Virus record (IMG/VR): IMGVR_UViG_3300031994_000053
Location: 1-64,000 of that record
Length of the DNA: 64,000 nt
From: a virus
Taxonomy: Duplodnaviria; Caudoviricetes
Reading direction: 5' to 3' (one strand)
Positions 1-8,507 of the stretch are shown piece after piece. Below the pieces are notes generated by a model, which had not been told where the DNA came from, ran no database searches, and saw only the letters and a list, made by a program, of their open reading frames with translations. A program made the translations under genes and the position numbers. Numbering within the stretch: position 1 is the first letter of the stretch; the number at the start of each line of letters is the position of its first letter.

Positions 1-214
1 CGGCACCCACGCCGCTGTCCCGCAGGCCCCCGTTCCCGTCAAGCTCCACGAAATTCCCGGCCGGGCCCGGCACCGAAGGGTACGACCCCGTCGGCCCCCG
101 CGGGCCGGTGGGGCCGACGGGGCCGGTGGGGCCGTGGAGCGCGTTGACGAAGACGGGGGCGGCGCCGGGGAAACCGGGGGCCGGGGGGCACGGGGGTCTG
201 GGAAACCGGCTCAT
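1..214 (-). CDS. Collagen-like tail/fibre protein, N-terminal part (truncated by window edge)
   Basis: ATG at 214 overlaps the TGA of the upstream gene; translates MSRFPRPPCPPAPGFPGAAPVFVNALHGPTGPVGPTGPRGPTGSYPSVPGPAGNFVELDGNGGLRDSG; G-X-Y run plus a GNFVELDGNGGLRDSG motif of the kind seen in phage fibre repeats. Confidence 0.7.
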   Translation of the reverse strand, partial: MSRFPRPPCPPAPGFPGAAPVFVNALHGPTGPVGPTGPRGPTGSYPSVPGPAGNFVELDGNGGLRDSGVGA

Positions 215-963
215 TGCGGGTCTCCTTTCGGATCAGCGGAAACCGCGGGGGCGCCCCGGGCCAAAATGACGTTCGTCCGCAACCTGCCGTTCCGCGAGAC
301 GATCACGAAGGCGAAGCCGGCCGCCGTCCCGACGGCGTTCTTCGGCCAGCCGTTGTAGCCGTCCGCGATGTTCTCAAACCCGCGCGTGGTGCGGCTCGTC
401 GAAATCCAGTCGAACTTGCCGCCGCGCCAGGCGCCCTTGGCGTCGCGCACGAACAGGCAGGCAAGGCACGCGGCATCGGAGCGCGACGACGCGCCCAGCA
501 TTTCGCATCCGCCTTTGGCCCATTTGTAGGCCATCCCGGACGCCGAGACCTTGAGCGCGGCGATTTCGCAGCCGTCCACGGGCAGCGCGCCCGCGCCGTT
601 GAAGCCTCCGTAGACCCATTGGAGGGATGCAAAATCCACGGCGCCGGCGGCGGTCGTTTCGCTGGACACGCTGATTTCCGTCATGCAACCCGTCCCCCCG
701 CTTTCCGCGAGCGCTCCCCCAATGGAGGCCCCCGCCCTGTCGCGGCCTGCCGCTGCGGCACCCGCCGCCCCGGCCTGTGCCGGCGCCGTGGAAACAGTGC
801 AAATCTCGTAGACCGGCTGGTCGCCGGAAAGTTCGAACACGCGGGGAAGGGGCGCGCACCCGCCGCAGGACGCGACCATCGCGAAGAGCAGGGCGGCCAG
901 CCCGCCGAACGACACCAGGGCGAGAAGCAGCTCCGCCCAGTCGATTCTGTCCTTCCTAGTCAT
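211..963 (-). CDS. Putative membrane-anchored lipoprotein, hypothetical
   Basis: 250 aa; N-terminal hydrophobic helix ending in VASCGGC (lipobox-like), Ala/Gly linker, Trp/Gly-rich globular C-terminal domain; overlaps both neighbours. Confidence 0.7.
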   Translation of the reverse strand: MTRKDRIDWAELLLALVSFGGLAALLFAMVASCGGCAPLPRVFELSGDQPVYEICTVSTAPAQAGAAGAAAAGRDRAGASIGGALAESGGTGCMTEISVSSETTAAGAVDFASLQWVYGGFNGAGALPVDGCEIAALKVSASGMAYKWAKGGCEMLGASSRSDAACLACLFVRDAKGAWRGGKFDWISTSRTTRGFENIADGYNGWPKNAVGTAAGFAFVIVSRNGRLRTNVILARGAPAVSADPKGDPQ

Positions 964-1516
964 TGGGAACCTCCTTCTTCATTGCGCGGTGGTAGACGCC
1001 GCCGAACAGGCGGCAAAGCGAATGCGCCACGCGGGCTATCACGTTTCCGCCCGCGCGCCATATCGGCGACTTCTGCGCCGCCGCCTCGTCCTCGATGGCG
1101 TTGCCGAGCATATTGTCCGCAAGCCAGCGCACATCGCCCGCGTTCCAGCCCCACGCCCGGGCGATGTCCTCCCAATAGGCGTAGATGGCGTCGTGGCCGA
1201 TGGCGGCGCGGACGAGGGATATTTTGCCGATTCTGTCCGGCGAGAGGCTGGCCCCGTCGCAGAACGGCTCGCGGCCGCCGGTGGCGTAGGCCACCATGAC
1301 GCCGTCGGTTATCTCGAAGTCGGCGCAGCGGTAGTCCGGGACGCCGACGGTTATCATGCCCGAAGGCAACTTTATCGGCCCGTCCGTGAACCACCCGAGT
1401 CGAAAGTCCTTCAGCAGCCGCAGCCGCCTGTTCTGGTCTATCTCAATCCACTTTTTCACTTGTTTGTAGCCTTTCCAGACGATCTTCGCGGCCTTCGCCG
1501 CCATGGCGGGCGTCAT
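956..1516 (-). CDS. DUF1353-like protein
   Basis: 186 aa; FCDGAS...AAIGHDAIY...RWLADNML matches the TDGAS / HD / AD pattern of DUF1353. Confidence 0.6.
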   Translation of the reverse strand: MTPAMAAKAAKIVWKGYKQVKKWIEIDQNRRLRLLKDFRLGWFTDGPIKLPSGMITVGVPDYRCADFEITDGVMVAYATGGREPFCDGASLSPDRIGKISLVRAAIGHDAIYAYWEDIARAWGWNAGDVRWLADNMLGNAIEDEAAAQKSPIWRAGGNVIARVAHSLCRLFGGVYHRAMKKEVPND

Positions 1517-1528
1517 CGCGCCTCGCCC

Positions 1529-1876
1529 CTAGTTGACCAGCGTCGGCGAGACCGACGGCAGCGTCTGGGTGAAAAACCTGTCGAAGTCGGCGCGGGAGAG
1601 CTTGACGCCCGTGTGGCCGAAGACGCCGAAATCAAGCGGCACTTCGATGTTGTCGCCACTGTGGCTCAGGCCCGCCGCGACGATGCCCCTTATGGCGTCG
1701 ACGTCGATCATGCCCTGCCCGTCGGTGTATGGCGCGAGCATCGCGTCCACCTTGCCGCCCGACGCCGCGAGGGCCGCGCCCGCCAGGAACTGCATGAACG
1801 GCGGCTTGACGGCGGAGATGAACTCGGCCTCGAACAGGGCGAGGGCTTTCTTGAAGTCGATGGCTGACACTTTCAT
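1529..1876 (-). CDS. Hypothetical protein
   Basis: 115 aa; AGGAGG SD upstream; high-GC3 codons; operon position. Confidence 0.75.
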   Translation of the reverse strand: MKVSAIDFKKALALFEAEFISAVKPPFMQFLAGAALAASGGKVDAMLAPYTDGQGMIDVDAIRGIVAAGLSHSGDNIEVPLDFGVFGHTGVKLSRADFDRFFTQTLPSVSPTLVN

Positions 1877-1936
1877 GCTGGCTTCCTCCTGGCGCCGTCC
1901 GCCCCGTTGCGCACCGGGGCTTCAGGCGAAGCGCGT

Positions 1937-2443
1937 CTAGCCGTTCGTGGTGGTCGCGGCCGCGGGCTTGGCGGCGAACGGGCCGACCGTGAGAGCGGCC
2001 TCGCTCGCGGCCATCACGGGCTGCTTGATGTAGAGGCCGGTCATGGCGTTCAGCGTGGCGACCTGGTTCTGGAGGAGCCCGATGACGCCGGTCTGCTGCG
2101 CGTTGATGACGGCCTGCGTGGCGTTCGCCGTGTTCATCGCGGCCTCGACCTTCTCGATCTTGTCGGCGAGGCGGCGCTCGGCCGCGAGGACGGCGGCGTC
2201 GGCGTACTTCTCGGCGCGGAGCTGGCCGATTTCCGAGTCCTTCTCCGTCAGCTGGCGCTCGCAGCTGAGACGGGTGTCGAGCTCGCGCTGGGACACGGGA
2301 GGTTCGCGGTTGCCGCCGCCGAGGTTGAGTCCCCCGGGACCGAAGAGGCCAAGCGCGCCCGCCGTGCCAAGCGAGCCGAGGACGGTGTTGAGGTTGCCCT
2401 GGCCGGAGCCGGTGTAGTTCCTGCCATTGTCGGTGGATTCCAT
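1937..2443 (-). CDS. Conserved hypothetical phage protein with Gly-rich hydrophobic N-terminus and coiled coil
   Basis: 168 aa; LGSLGTAGALGL then EKDSEIGQLRAEKYAD resembles a widespread gut-phage hypothetical family; AAAGGA SD. Confidence 0.75.
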   Translation of the reverse strand: MESTDNGRNYTGSGQGNLNTVLGSLGTAGALGLFGPGGLNLGGGNREPPVSQRELDTRLSCERQLTEKDSEIGQLRAEKYADAAVLAAERRLADKIEKVEAAMNTANATQAVINAQQTGVIGLLQNQVATLNAMTGLYIKQPVMAASEAALTVGPFAAKPAAATTTNG

Positions 2444-2503
2444 GTGGATTTCCTTTCTGCTGGTTGTTGTTTGTTCGTCCGCCCCACGCGGGGCGGAAGT
2501 CGG

Positions 2504-2731
2504 TCACTTCGTCGCGGCGGCTTCGTGCGCCACTTTCTCATGGTGGGCCCAGAGCCACCCGGCCTTGGCCGTGTCGAGGCGCTCGGCCTCCTGCCATGTC
2601 GTGCCGGGCTTCTTCTTGTGCCGCGCGATGACTTCCTCTATCTCGCGGATGTCATTCTTGCAGTCACACCCCGTTATCCACTTGATTGTGGCCAGGGACT
2701 CCCGCATCACGTCTTCCCAGTATTTCTCCAT
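2504..2731 (-). CDS. Hypothetical protein
   Basis: 75 aa starting MEKYWEDVMRES; AAAGGA SD upstream of ATG 2731 (track ORF 2504..3019 is over-extended). Confidence 0.65.
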   Translation of the reverse strand: MEKYWEDVMRESLATIKWITGCDCKNDIREIEEVIARHKKKPGTTWQEAERLDTAKAGWLWAHHEKVAHEAAATK

Positions 2732-2760
2732 GTTGCCTTGTCCTTTCGTTGCTGTTGCCC

Positions 2761-3252
2761 TTAGACGGCACACGCCGCCAAAATCTCCGCCATCTCCCCG
2801 TCGGCGAGGCCCATGAGCCTCTGGATTTGGGGAATCGCCGAGGCCATGAACGGGTCGTCGCTCTGGAGCGTCGTCGCGTACTCCCAGTCCTCCCAGACGC
2901 CCTGCACCTCCATCCACGCCTTCACCTGCGGCCAGACGCCGCGCCCCAGGAATACGCGGTAGAGCTTGCGCTTGCTGTAGTCCACGGGCGGTGGCGGCGG
3001 GTCCGCGACGAGCGCCCACGAACGCACGACGCGCGCAGGCGCCCCCGCGTCGTCGCAGGCGTAGCGTGGCTCGTAGTGGCGCCCGTCCGGCGCGTCCTGC
3101 GGCTTCGGCGCGCTCTCGTCAAGCGTGTAGAAGCCGAGCGTCGCAAGGTAGTCGGCGGGTAGGTTGCCCACGACTAGCGCACCGTTGATGGTGGCGCGGC
3201 GCGGCGGGTTTCGGTCGATTGCGGTTGTCGAGATAAGTTTGGCGCATGTCAT
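2761..3252 (-). CDS. Putative tail-fibre assembly/chaperone-like protein
   Basis: 163 aa immediately downstream of the fibre-tip-like gene; GFY...YEPRY...VRSWALV plus helical C-terminal domain. Confidence 0.55.
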   Translation of the reverse strand: MTCAKLISTTAIDRNPPRRATINGALVVGNLPADYLATLGFYTLDESAPKPQDAPDGRHYEPRYACDDAGAPARVVRSWALVADPPPPPVDYSKRKLYRVFLGRGVWPQVKAWMEVQGVWEDWEYATTLQSDDPFMASAIPQIQRLMGLADGEMAEILAACAV

Positions 3253-3263
3253 TGTCGGTTCTC

Positions 3264-3932
3264 CTAGATGTCGTTGCCGTAGAGGAACGCGCCGGTGCCG
3301 CGATTGCGGTAGATGCCGTCGTTCCTCGCGCTGCCGTCGGGGTCCATGCCGCCGACGCCTCGCCGGTCGTAGAGGCAGCCCTCGCTGCCGATGCGGACGG
3401 GGATGAAGTCGCGGACTAGGACGCCGTTTGTGTAGTGTTTAGACGACCATATCCGCATCGCGGCATAGGGAGCAATGCTGCCGGTATCGATCAACTTGCG
3501 GCCAAACAGCGCTAGGCCGCCGTAGGTCGTGGCCGGTAGCACAAACGCAGTCCAATCAATCGCGTAGACAAAAGCGCCGTCAACCTTGAAAACTTTGCCA
3601 GGTGCGTCTACTGTGAAGATGTGGCGGGAGGTATCGCCAGCCACAGACGGACTGGGGTTGTTTGTGTTGCCTATCCCGCAATACCATGTGCCTTTCGCGT
3701 TCAACCCAAACGCGAAACGCGGAGATAACCCGCCAGTATTGAAGGTCTGGCCCAGATATCTATTTACGTTCGACGTTTGGGTTATCGCTGCGTCGCACTC
3801 CCAGCGGAACGTTCCGTCGTGGACTAGTCCCGTATCTATCCACTGCGTCCCGGTGGACTCCAGATACTCCACCTCCGCGTCTGGGAGGCGCTTCCCGCCA
3901 CGCCCGAGCGGCATTAGCCTGGTCGGTATCAT
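3264..3932 (-). CDS. Tail-tip / receptor-binding-type beta-sandwich domain protein
   Basis: 222 aa from ATG 3932; [14 protein letters not shown] ... RDFIPV ... LYD ... NRGTGAF is a recurrent phage tail domain signature; central part has visibly lower GC. Confidence 0.7.
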   Translation of the reverse strand: MIPTRLMPLGRGGKRLPDAEVEYLESTGTQWIDTGLVHDGTFRWECDAAITQTSNVNRYLGQTFNTGGLSPRFAFGLNAKGTWYCGIGNTNNPSPSVAGDTSRHIFTVDAPGKVFKVDGAFVYAIDWTAFVLPATTYGGLALFGRKLIDTGSIAPYAAMRIWSSKHYTNGVLVRDFIPVRIGSEGCLYDRRGVGGMDPDGSARNDGIYRNRGTGAFLYGNDI

Positions 3933-4957
3933 TGCGCCGCCTCCACTCGCCAGACGTTCGCGAGAACCGCGCGCGTCGTGCAGTCCATGCGGCAGGCGAT
4001 GTAGAGCGTCGCGCCCGCGAAGCCGGATGTGGGGAGTTCTCCGCCGTCCAGCCACGTCCAGCCGGCAGGCCCCGCCAGGCTTGTCGCCGCGGCGTCGACG
4101 GCGACTTCCATTTCAAAGCAAAAATAGGCGTTCGCCGTCGGTATCGCCGTATCGTCTGGCGTCGGTATCGTCGCCGCCGTGCCGGAGAGGGCCGCGGAGG
4201 TGCGGTAGACTGCGGTGCCGGGCGAGAGGGTCGTGCCGGTCGCGTAGTCGAGGAGGTTGCCATTCACGCCTGCGGGGCCGGTCGCGCCTGCGGGGCCGGT
4301 CGCGCCTGCGGGGCCGGTCGCGCCTGCGGGGCCGGGCACGGTGCTCTGCGGGCCGGCAGGCCCCGTAGCGCCCTGCGGGCCGGTCGGGCCCGCAAGGCCG
4401 GGGTTTCCCCGGGGGCCGGTCGGGCCCGTGTCGCCCTTGACGCCCTGGGGGCCCTGGCCGCCCGTGTCGCCCCTGGGGCCCTGCTGGCCGCGGGGGCCCG
4501 TGTCGCCCCTGGGGCCTGCGGGGCCCTGCGGCCCGGTGTCCCCGCGGGCGCCCTGGGGGCCCTGCTGGCCGCGGGGGCCCGTGTCGCCCCTGGGGCCTGC
4601 GGGACCCTGGGGACCCTGGGGACCTTGCGGCCCGGAGTTGCCCGTGTCACCCCTGGGGCCCTGGGGACCCGTGTCGCCCCTGGGGCCCTGGGGACCCGTG
4701 TCGCCCCTGGGGCCCTGGGGGCCCTGCCGGCCGCGGGGGCCCGTGTCGCCCCTGGGGCCTGCGGGGCCCCGGGCGCCCCCGGGGCCTATGAGACCCCGGG
4801 GGCCTTGCGGACCTGGGGCGCCTTGGGGGCCGGTCGGGCCCATTGGACCGGTGGGGCCCCGGGGGTTGTCGGGAGGGGGGAACGAGGGGAAGATGGGACG
4901 GGGGGCCGGGCGCGTGCCCGGCAGCATGAATGGACTGGAAATCCCGTCTATTGGCAT
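3929..4957 (-). CDS. Collagen-like (G-X-Y) fibre protein with C-terminal globular domain
   Basis: 342 aa; 57 uninterrupted G-X-Y triplets, an STVP break, then 8 more; AGGAG SD; first gene after the sigma70 promoter. Confidence 0.9.
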   Translation of the reverse strand: MPIDGISSPFMLPGTRPAPRPIFPSFPPPDNPRGPTGPMGPTGPQGAPGPQGPRGLIGPGGARGPAGPRGDTGPRGRQGPQGPRGDTGPQGPRGDTGPQGPRGDTGNSGPQGPQGPQGPAGPRGDTGPRGQQGPQGARGDTGPQGPAGPRGDTGPRGQQGPRGDTGGQGPQGVKGDTGPTGPRGNPGLAGPTGPQGATGPAGPQSTVPGPAGATGPAGATGPAGATGPAGVNGNLLDYATGTTLSPGTAVYRTSAALSGTAATIPTPDDTAIPTANAYFCFEMEVAVDAAATSLAGPAGWTWLDGGELPTSGFAGATLYIACRMDCTTRAVLANVWRVEAAQ

Positions 4958-4992
4958 GTTCGCTCCTCCGTACCCGTTGGATTTTTGATTAT

Positions 4993-5021
4993 ATTATAGC
5001 ACGGAGGCTGCGGGCTGTCAA
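4993..5021 (-). promoter_or_regulatory. Consensus sigma70 promoter driving the leftward structural operon
   Basis: Minus strand TTGACA (5021-5016), 17 bp, TATAAT (4998-4993). Confidence 0.9.
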
Positions 5022-5227
5022 GCGGGGAGAGGAGGGAGGCGGGGCGGGGCCCCGGTCGTGCGTGTATATTACGTAACCCCTACCCCATTGGCAATCGCGA
5101 CGGAAGCGCCATCGTCAGTACATTCCGTTGTCCCGTGCGTGGCGTCGTCCCGCCTCCGCCGGGCAACTCCGTCGCGTGGGTGGCGCTTCTCCGTCGCCTC
5201 CCTCCCCGCCCAGGGGATGCTGTCGCG

Positions 5228-5328
5228 TGGTAGCACCGTGTCGCCGCACAGGCGTGGCTGCCTGCGCGGACACGGGGCAATTGGTAGCACCGTGTCATCG
5301 CACAGGCAAAGCCTGGCGCCACCACGGT
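5228..5328. repeat. Tandem 26-bp direct repeat, each copy opening a hairpin
   Basis: TGGTAGCACCGTGTC(GC/AT)CGCACAGGC at 5228-5253 and 5282-5307, 24/26 identical, 54-bp period. Confidence 0.85.
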
Positions 5329-5399
5329 CGGATGACCAGGTCCCGCATTGGGATCGGTCCGCCCGCAGCGTCAGGCACCTGCACACGGAGGAAACTACA

Positions 5400-5729
5400 A
5401 TGACAACCCGTATCCCAACCACCGTCACGCTCTTCCAGGCGAAGGATGGACACCCCTACATTTCACTAGCAGACGCAACGACCAGCGATGGGCAAACCAT
5501 CAGCCGCGTGCTCGCCATCACAGGCAAGCCGGCGGCGGACAAGGTCGCGGTCGCGGCCAACGGCGCCAAATACGCGGTCCTCGGCCGCGTCGTGCTCGTC
5601 GGGCCGGCGTTCAACACCCGCGTCCGCGACGACGGCACGACCGTCAAGACGCTGATCGGCTGCGAAGGCATCGTGGCCGAGGAGCTGCCCGCTGACGTCG
5701 CAGAAGCGATGGCCGTGTTCGGCGCCTAG
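5400..5729 (+). CDS. First early gene, hypothetical (beta-rich, possibly OB-fold-like)
   Basis: 109 aa from ATG 5400; GGAGG SD; strong codon bias; followed by terminator. Confidence 0.8.
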   Translation: MTTRIPTTVTLFQAKDGHPYISLADATTSDGQTISRVLAITGKPAADKVAVAANGAKYAVLGRVVLVGPAFNTRVRDDGTTVKTLIGCEGIVAEELPADVAEAMAVFGA

Positions 5730-5735
5730 CGCCAG

Positions 5736-5760
5736 CGCCCCCGCGAGGGGGCGTTTCTTC
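5736..5760 (+). terminator. Intrinsic terminator with GCGA tetraloop
   Basis: CGCCCCC-GCGA-GGGGGCG-TTTCTTC. Confidence 0.75.
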
Positions 5761-5926
5761 GTTCCCCCATTCTGTAACGCAGAGGACATCCGCCAAAAGG
5801 CGGACGTAATGCGCCCCGCCGAACCGGCGGGACCGGGTTCCAAGTCCCGGAAGCCCCTTTCCGACGTCCTCGCGTAAGGTCGTTTTGACTCAACGGCAAC
5901 CAAAGTCCAAGGAGGACACCACTACC

Positions 5927-6298
5927 ATGCAACACCCGCTCGTAAAAATCGTAACCCTGTTCCTCAAAGAGGTGCATTTCACCAAGCCGATAGTCCTGTG
6001 CGCAGCCGCGGCCTACCTCGCCAAACGCGAGGCCAGCATCGACGCGACAATCGAGAAACTGGCCCTGTGCATAGCAGGCTGCCGGACCATAGGCCGCGAC
6101 CGCGTGGACTTCGACGACGGCATGGGCTGGAAGGTGTCGCTCTTCCGCGACGTCCCGCTCAAGGCATGGCGCATGGAGACGGACGACGGCGTCATCGGCG
6201 CGGTCGTCCAATGCGACGACTCCGCCGCCAAGGCCACGATAAGCCGGTATCTCGTCAAGGACGAGCTTGCCCTGGACGACCCCTCGGTCGTCCTGTAA
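5927..6298 (+). CDS. Hypothetical early protein
   Basis: 123 aa from ATG 5927; AAGGAGG SD. Confidence 0.8.
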   Translation: MQHPLVKIVTLFLKEVHFTKPIVLCAAAAYLAKREASIDATIEKLALCIAGCRTIGRDRVDFDDGMGWKVSLFRDVPLKAWRMETDDGVIGAVVQCDDSAAKATISRYLVKDELALDDPSVVL

Positions 6299-6305
6299 CG
6301 CCGGG

Positions 6306-6324
6306 GCCCCCGCGAGGGGGTTTT
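6306..6324 (+). terminator. Intrinsic terminator with GCGA tetraloop
   Basis: GCCCCC-GCGA-GGGGGT-TTT, same loop as the 5736 hairpin. Confidence 0.6.
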
Positions 6325-6480
6325 CCCCTGGCCCGGAACCCGTTCCGTATCTAGACGGGGCCTGGCCGGGGCCGGCGCCTCGGCGTTTCGACGGGACACC
6401 GGGGCTTTTTGCCCCGGAGGCTCGCCCGGGAACGGGGGCGGAGGCCTCGGAGACGCGGAGGCGGCCCCGGGCGCCACGCC

Positions 6481-6710
6481 AAAAACGTCGCATAATATAT
6501 AGTTAATGCATATTAATAATTAATGTATATTAACTAAATTGACTTTTTGCTAGACTACGCCAGCTTTAAACCACTAAATACTGGTATTACGAAAACATTT
6601 ATTTGGTTATTTAATAATTTATTATATATTGTGTGCGAGAAAGTAAATATAATATAATAGTAGTATATACGTACATATAGTACGACGAAAAATCATAGAC
6701 AACCATAAAA
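6481..6710. other. AT-rich non-coding island with imperfect palindrome; candidate replication origin or DNA-unwinding element
   Basis: Sharply AT-rich against the GC-rich background; inverted repeat 6500-6536 with 18-bp arms, 15/18 matched. Confidence 0.55.
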
Positions 6711-6947
6711 CGTTCCGTTCGAGCCATCGGCTCCACGAAACCTCTCGTAGTCCAACCGTAGATTCCAAACCGTAACCATCAAGACTACGACACAAACGAA
6801 ACACTAACCCCATGGGCCACAGCGTTCTCGATCGGCCCGTAACAACCCCCTTTTTGCGACAACTCCTTACCGCACAACGATTTGCCGAAATCCGTGTGGA
6901 AACCGGCTAACACAACTGTAACAGTCGCCTTTGTATAGGAGAAACCA

Positions 6948-7376
6948 ATGCTCATAGACTACATTCCGGTTTATTTCCCGGAGACAAACCAGTGGTCGAT
7001 CCCCGGATGCCAGATTGAGAAGTGCCGGGACTACGACCCCGAACCGCAGGACATGCCGCTCCACGGGGGCGCCGTAATCCGCGGAATCCCCCTGTTCCAC
7101 CTTGGGACATGGGGAATCTTCGGTGTCAGCGTCGCCGAGTGCCTCCGCGACCTCGCGGCGGATCCCGACGAAGCCGCGAAGCGGCTGTACAGGTCCGTGA
7201 GGACGGCGGCCAAAGTGTCCGCCTTCTTCAGGAAGCTCGTGGACCGCTATCCGGACATCGCCCAGGCCAGCGCGTTCCCCGGCCACGAAGGACTCCGCGT
7301 CCCGGAATGCTGCATCGTAAAACTTTCACCCAACTGCAATGCAACAGGAGCAACCCATGAAGCACTACGTAATTAG
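6948..7376 (+). CDS. Hypothetical protein
   Basis: 142 aa; TAGGAG SD. Confidence 0.7.
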   Translation: MLIDYIPVYFPETNQWSIPGCQIEKCRDYDPEPQDMPLHGGAVIRGIPLFHLGTWGIFGVSVAECLRDLAADPDEAAKRLYRSVRTAAKVSAFFRKLVDRYPDIAQASAFPGHEGLRVPECCIVKLSPNCNATGATHEALRN

Positions 7377-7539
7377 ATATTATTTCCGCGGCGGTTATGG
7401 CGACCGTGGGACTATGGCTAAAAGCGAAAGGCAGGCCATAAACAACGTCAGGCACCGCCTCGTCCTCGAGGGCCGGTACGTCAAGGCGATGACGTTCGAG
7501 GCCCGCGAAATGGCATACGGGAAGGAGGGGGCGCAATGA
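7357..7539 (+). CDS. Small basic hypothetical protein
   Basis: 60 aa MKHYVIRYY...; CAGGAG SD; overlaps next gene at ATGA. Confidence 0.7.
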   Translation: MKHYVIRYYFRGGYGDRGTMAKSERQAINNVRHRLVLEGRYVKAMTFEAREMAYGKEGAQ

Positions 7540-7754
7540 ACCGGCAGGAGCTGAAAAACTTCTACCGCCTCGCCGCCTTCTGGGCGGCGAGCCTGCTGGC
7601 CAGCGCCACGGTCGTGGCGCTGACCCCGCCGGGGATGAACCCCTACCCGTTCATCGCAGGATACTGGGTCGGTGTGGCCGCGTTCTTTTTCTTCGCGGTC
7701 TACGCGATAGACTGGAACGACTGGGGCGACGGCAAGGAGAGAGACAATGACTAG
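7536..7754 (+). CDS. Small two-TM membrane protein
   Basis: 72 aa with two hydrophobic segments; GGAGG SD. Confidence 0.7.
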   Translation: MNRQELKNFYRLAAFWAASLLASATVVALTPPGMNPYPFIAGYWVGVAAFFFFAVYAIDWNDWGDGKERDND

Positions 7755-8037
7755 TAGCCTCATAATTCATGAATACTCCGAATGGACAAAAGGGGAAAAC
7801 GCAAAGGCCTGGAGACACCTGACCATCGAAGACCTTCGGGTCTACGACGTCCACCCGTGCAGATGCGGGAGGCAGCCACGGGCCCTCGTCCGTCATTCCT
7901 CGGGCGACAACCTGACCTTCGTGGACGTGAAGTGCCCGAAATGCGGGGAGCACACAGAAGCGTGCGCCCCGGACAGCATGCGCGCGGGCGACCTCGTCGC
8001 CCTCGCATTCGACGAATGGAACGAGCAGGAGGCATAA
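7747..8037 (+). CDS. Lar-like (restriction alleviation) zinc-ribbon protein
   Basis: PCRCG...VKCPKCG...EWN matches the Lar-type PCPxCG / CxxC / WN layout. Confidence 0.55.
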   Translation: MTSSLIIHEYSEWTKGENAKAWRHLTIEDLRVYDVHPCRCGRQPRALVRHSSGDNLTFVDVKCPKCGEHTEACAPDSMRAGDLVALAFDEWNEQEA

Positions 8038-8507
8038 TGGCCAATTTAACAGAGTACCTCGCGACCGTTTCGCCTTGCGTTCGCAAGGCGGTCGCGGAAG
8101 TCGCCGCGAAATGCGGCGACTCCTTCCCCAGCTCGACGCTGGGGTCGTGGAACCTCGTGTGGGCCCAGGCCCACCCGGAGTCCCGGGGCCTCGGCGTGAA
8201 GAAGGTGGCGGCCCTCCGCGGCGCCGTCGCCTTCCTCAAAGCCAGGAACGAGGCCGCCGCGGCGGCCAAGGCCGAGAGCGAGGCCGCGTTCGAGGCCAGG
8301 CTCAAGGCCATGGCCGACGAAAAGGCCGCCGCCGAGCGGCGTGCGAAGCTCGCCAGCGACGCCGTGAAGACAGTCTTCACGGCGGGCCAAGTGAAGGCCC
8401 TGGCGACCATAATGGAGCTCTGCGGCCTCGGGACCGTGAACCTCATGGACATAAACGTGTTCTTCCGCGCCTTCGGCGTGGAGGCCGAAAAGGAGACGGC
8501 AAAATGA
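8037..8507 (+). CDS. Hypothetical Ala-rich coiled-coil protein
   Basis: 156 aa from ATG 8037; AGGAGG SD. Confidence 0.75.
   Translation: MANLTEYLATVSPCVRKAVAEVAAKCGDSFPSSTLGSWNLVWAQAHPESRGLGVKKVAALRGAVAFLKARNEAAAAAKAESEAAFEARLKAMADEKAAAERRAKLASDAVKTVFTAGQVKALATIMELCGLGTVNLMDINVFFRAFGVEAEKETAK

Noticed and set aside
3264-3932. Diversity-generating retroelement target
   Set aside because: No reverse transcriptase and no near-identical template repeat differing at adenines was seen in this window
4300-4800. Eight RGD tripeptides in the collagen protein, suggesting integrin binding
   Set aside because: They arise from repetition of one GPRGDT unit, and RGD inside a triple helix is normally cryptic; no independent support
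4260-4860. Tandem DNA repeats that could be mistaken for a CRISPR array
   Set aside because: They are 9/18/27-bp coding repeats of G-X-Y triplets with no unique spacers
5229-5275. Possible HDV-like (theta) ribozyme: GGTAGCAC start and P1/P2/P3-like pairings
   Set aside because: L3 and J4/2 consensus (UUCCCG-type loop, catalytic C-R-A-A) are absent, a simple hairpin explains the same bases better, and no adjacent tRNA is present
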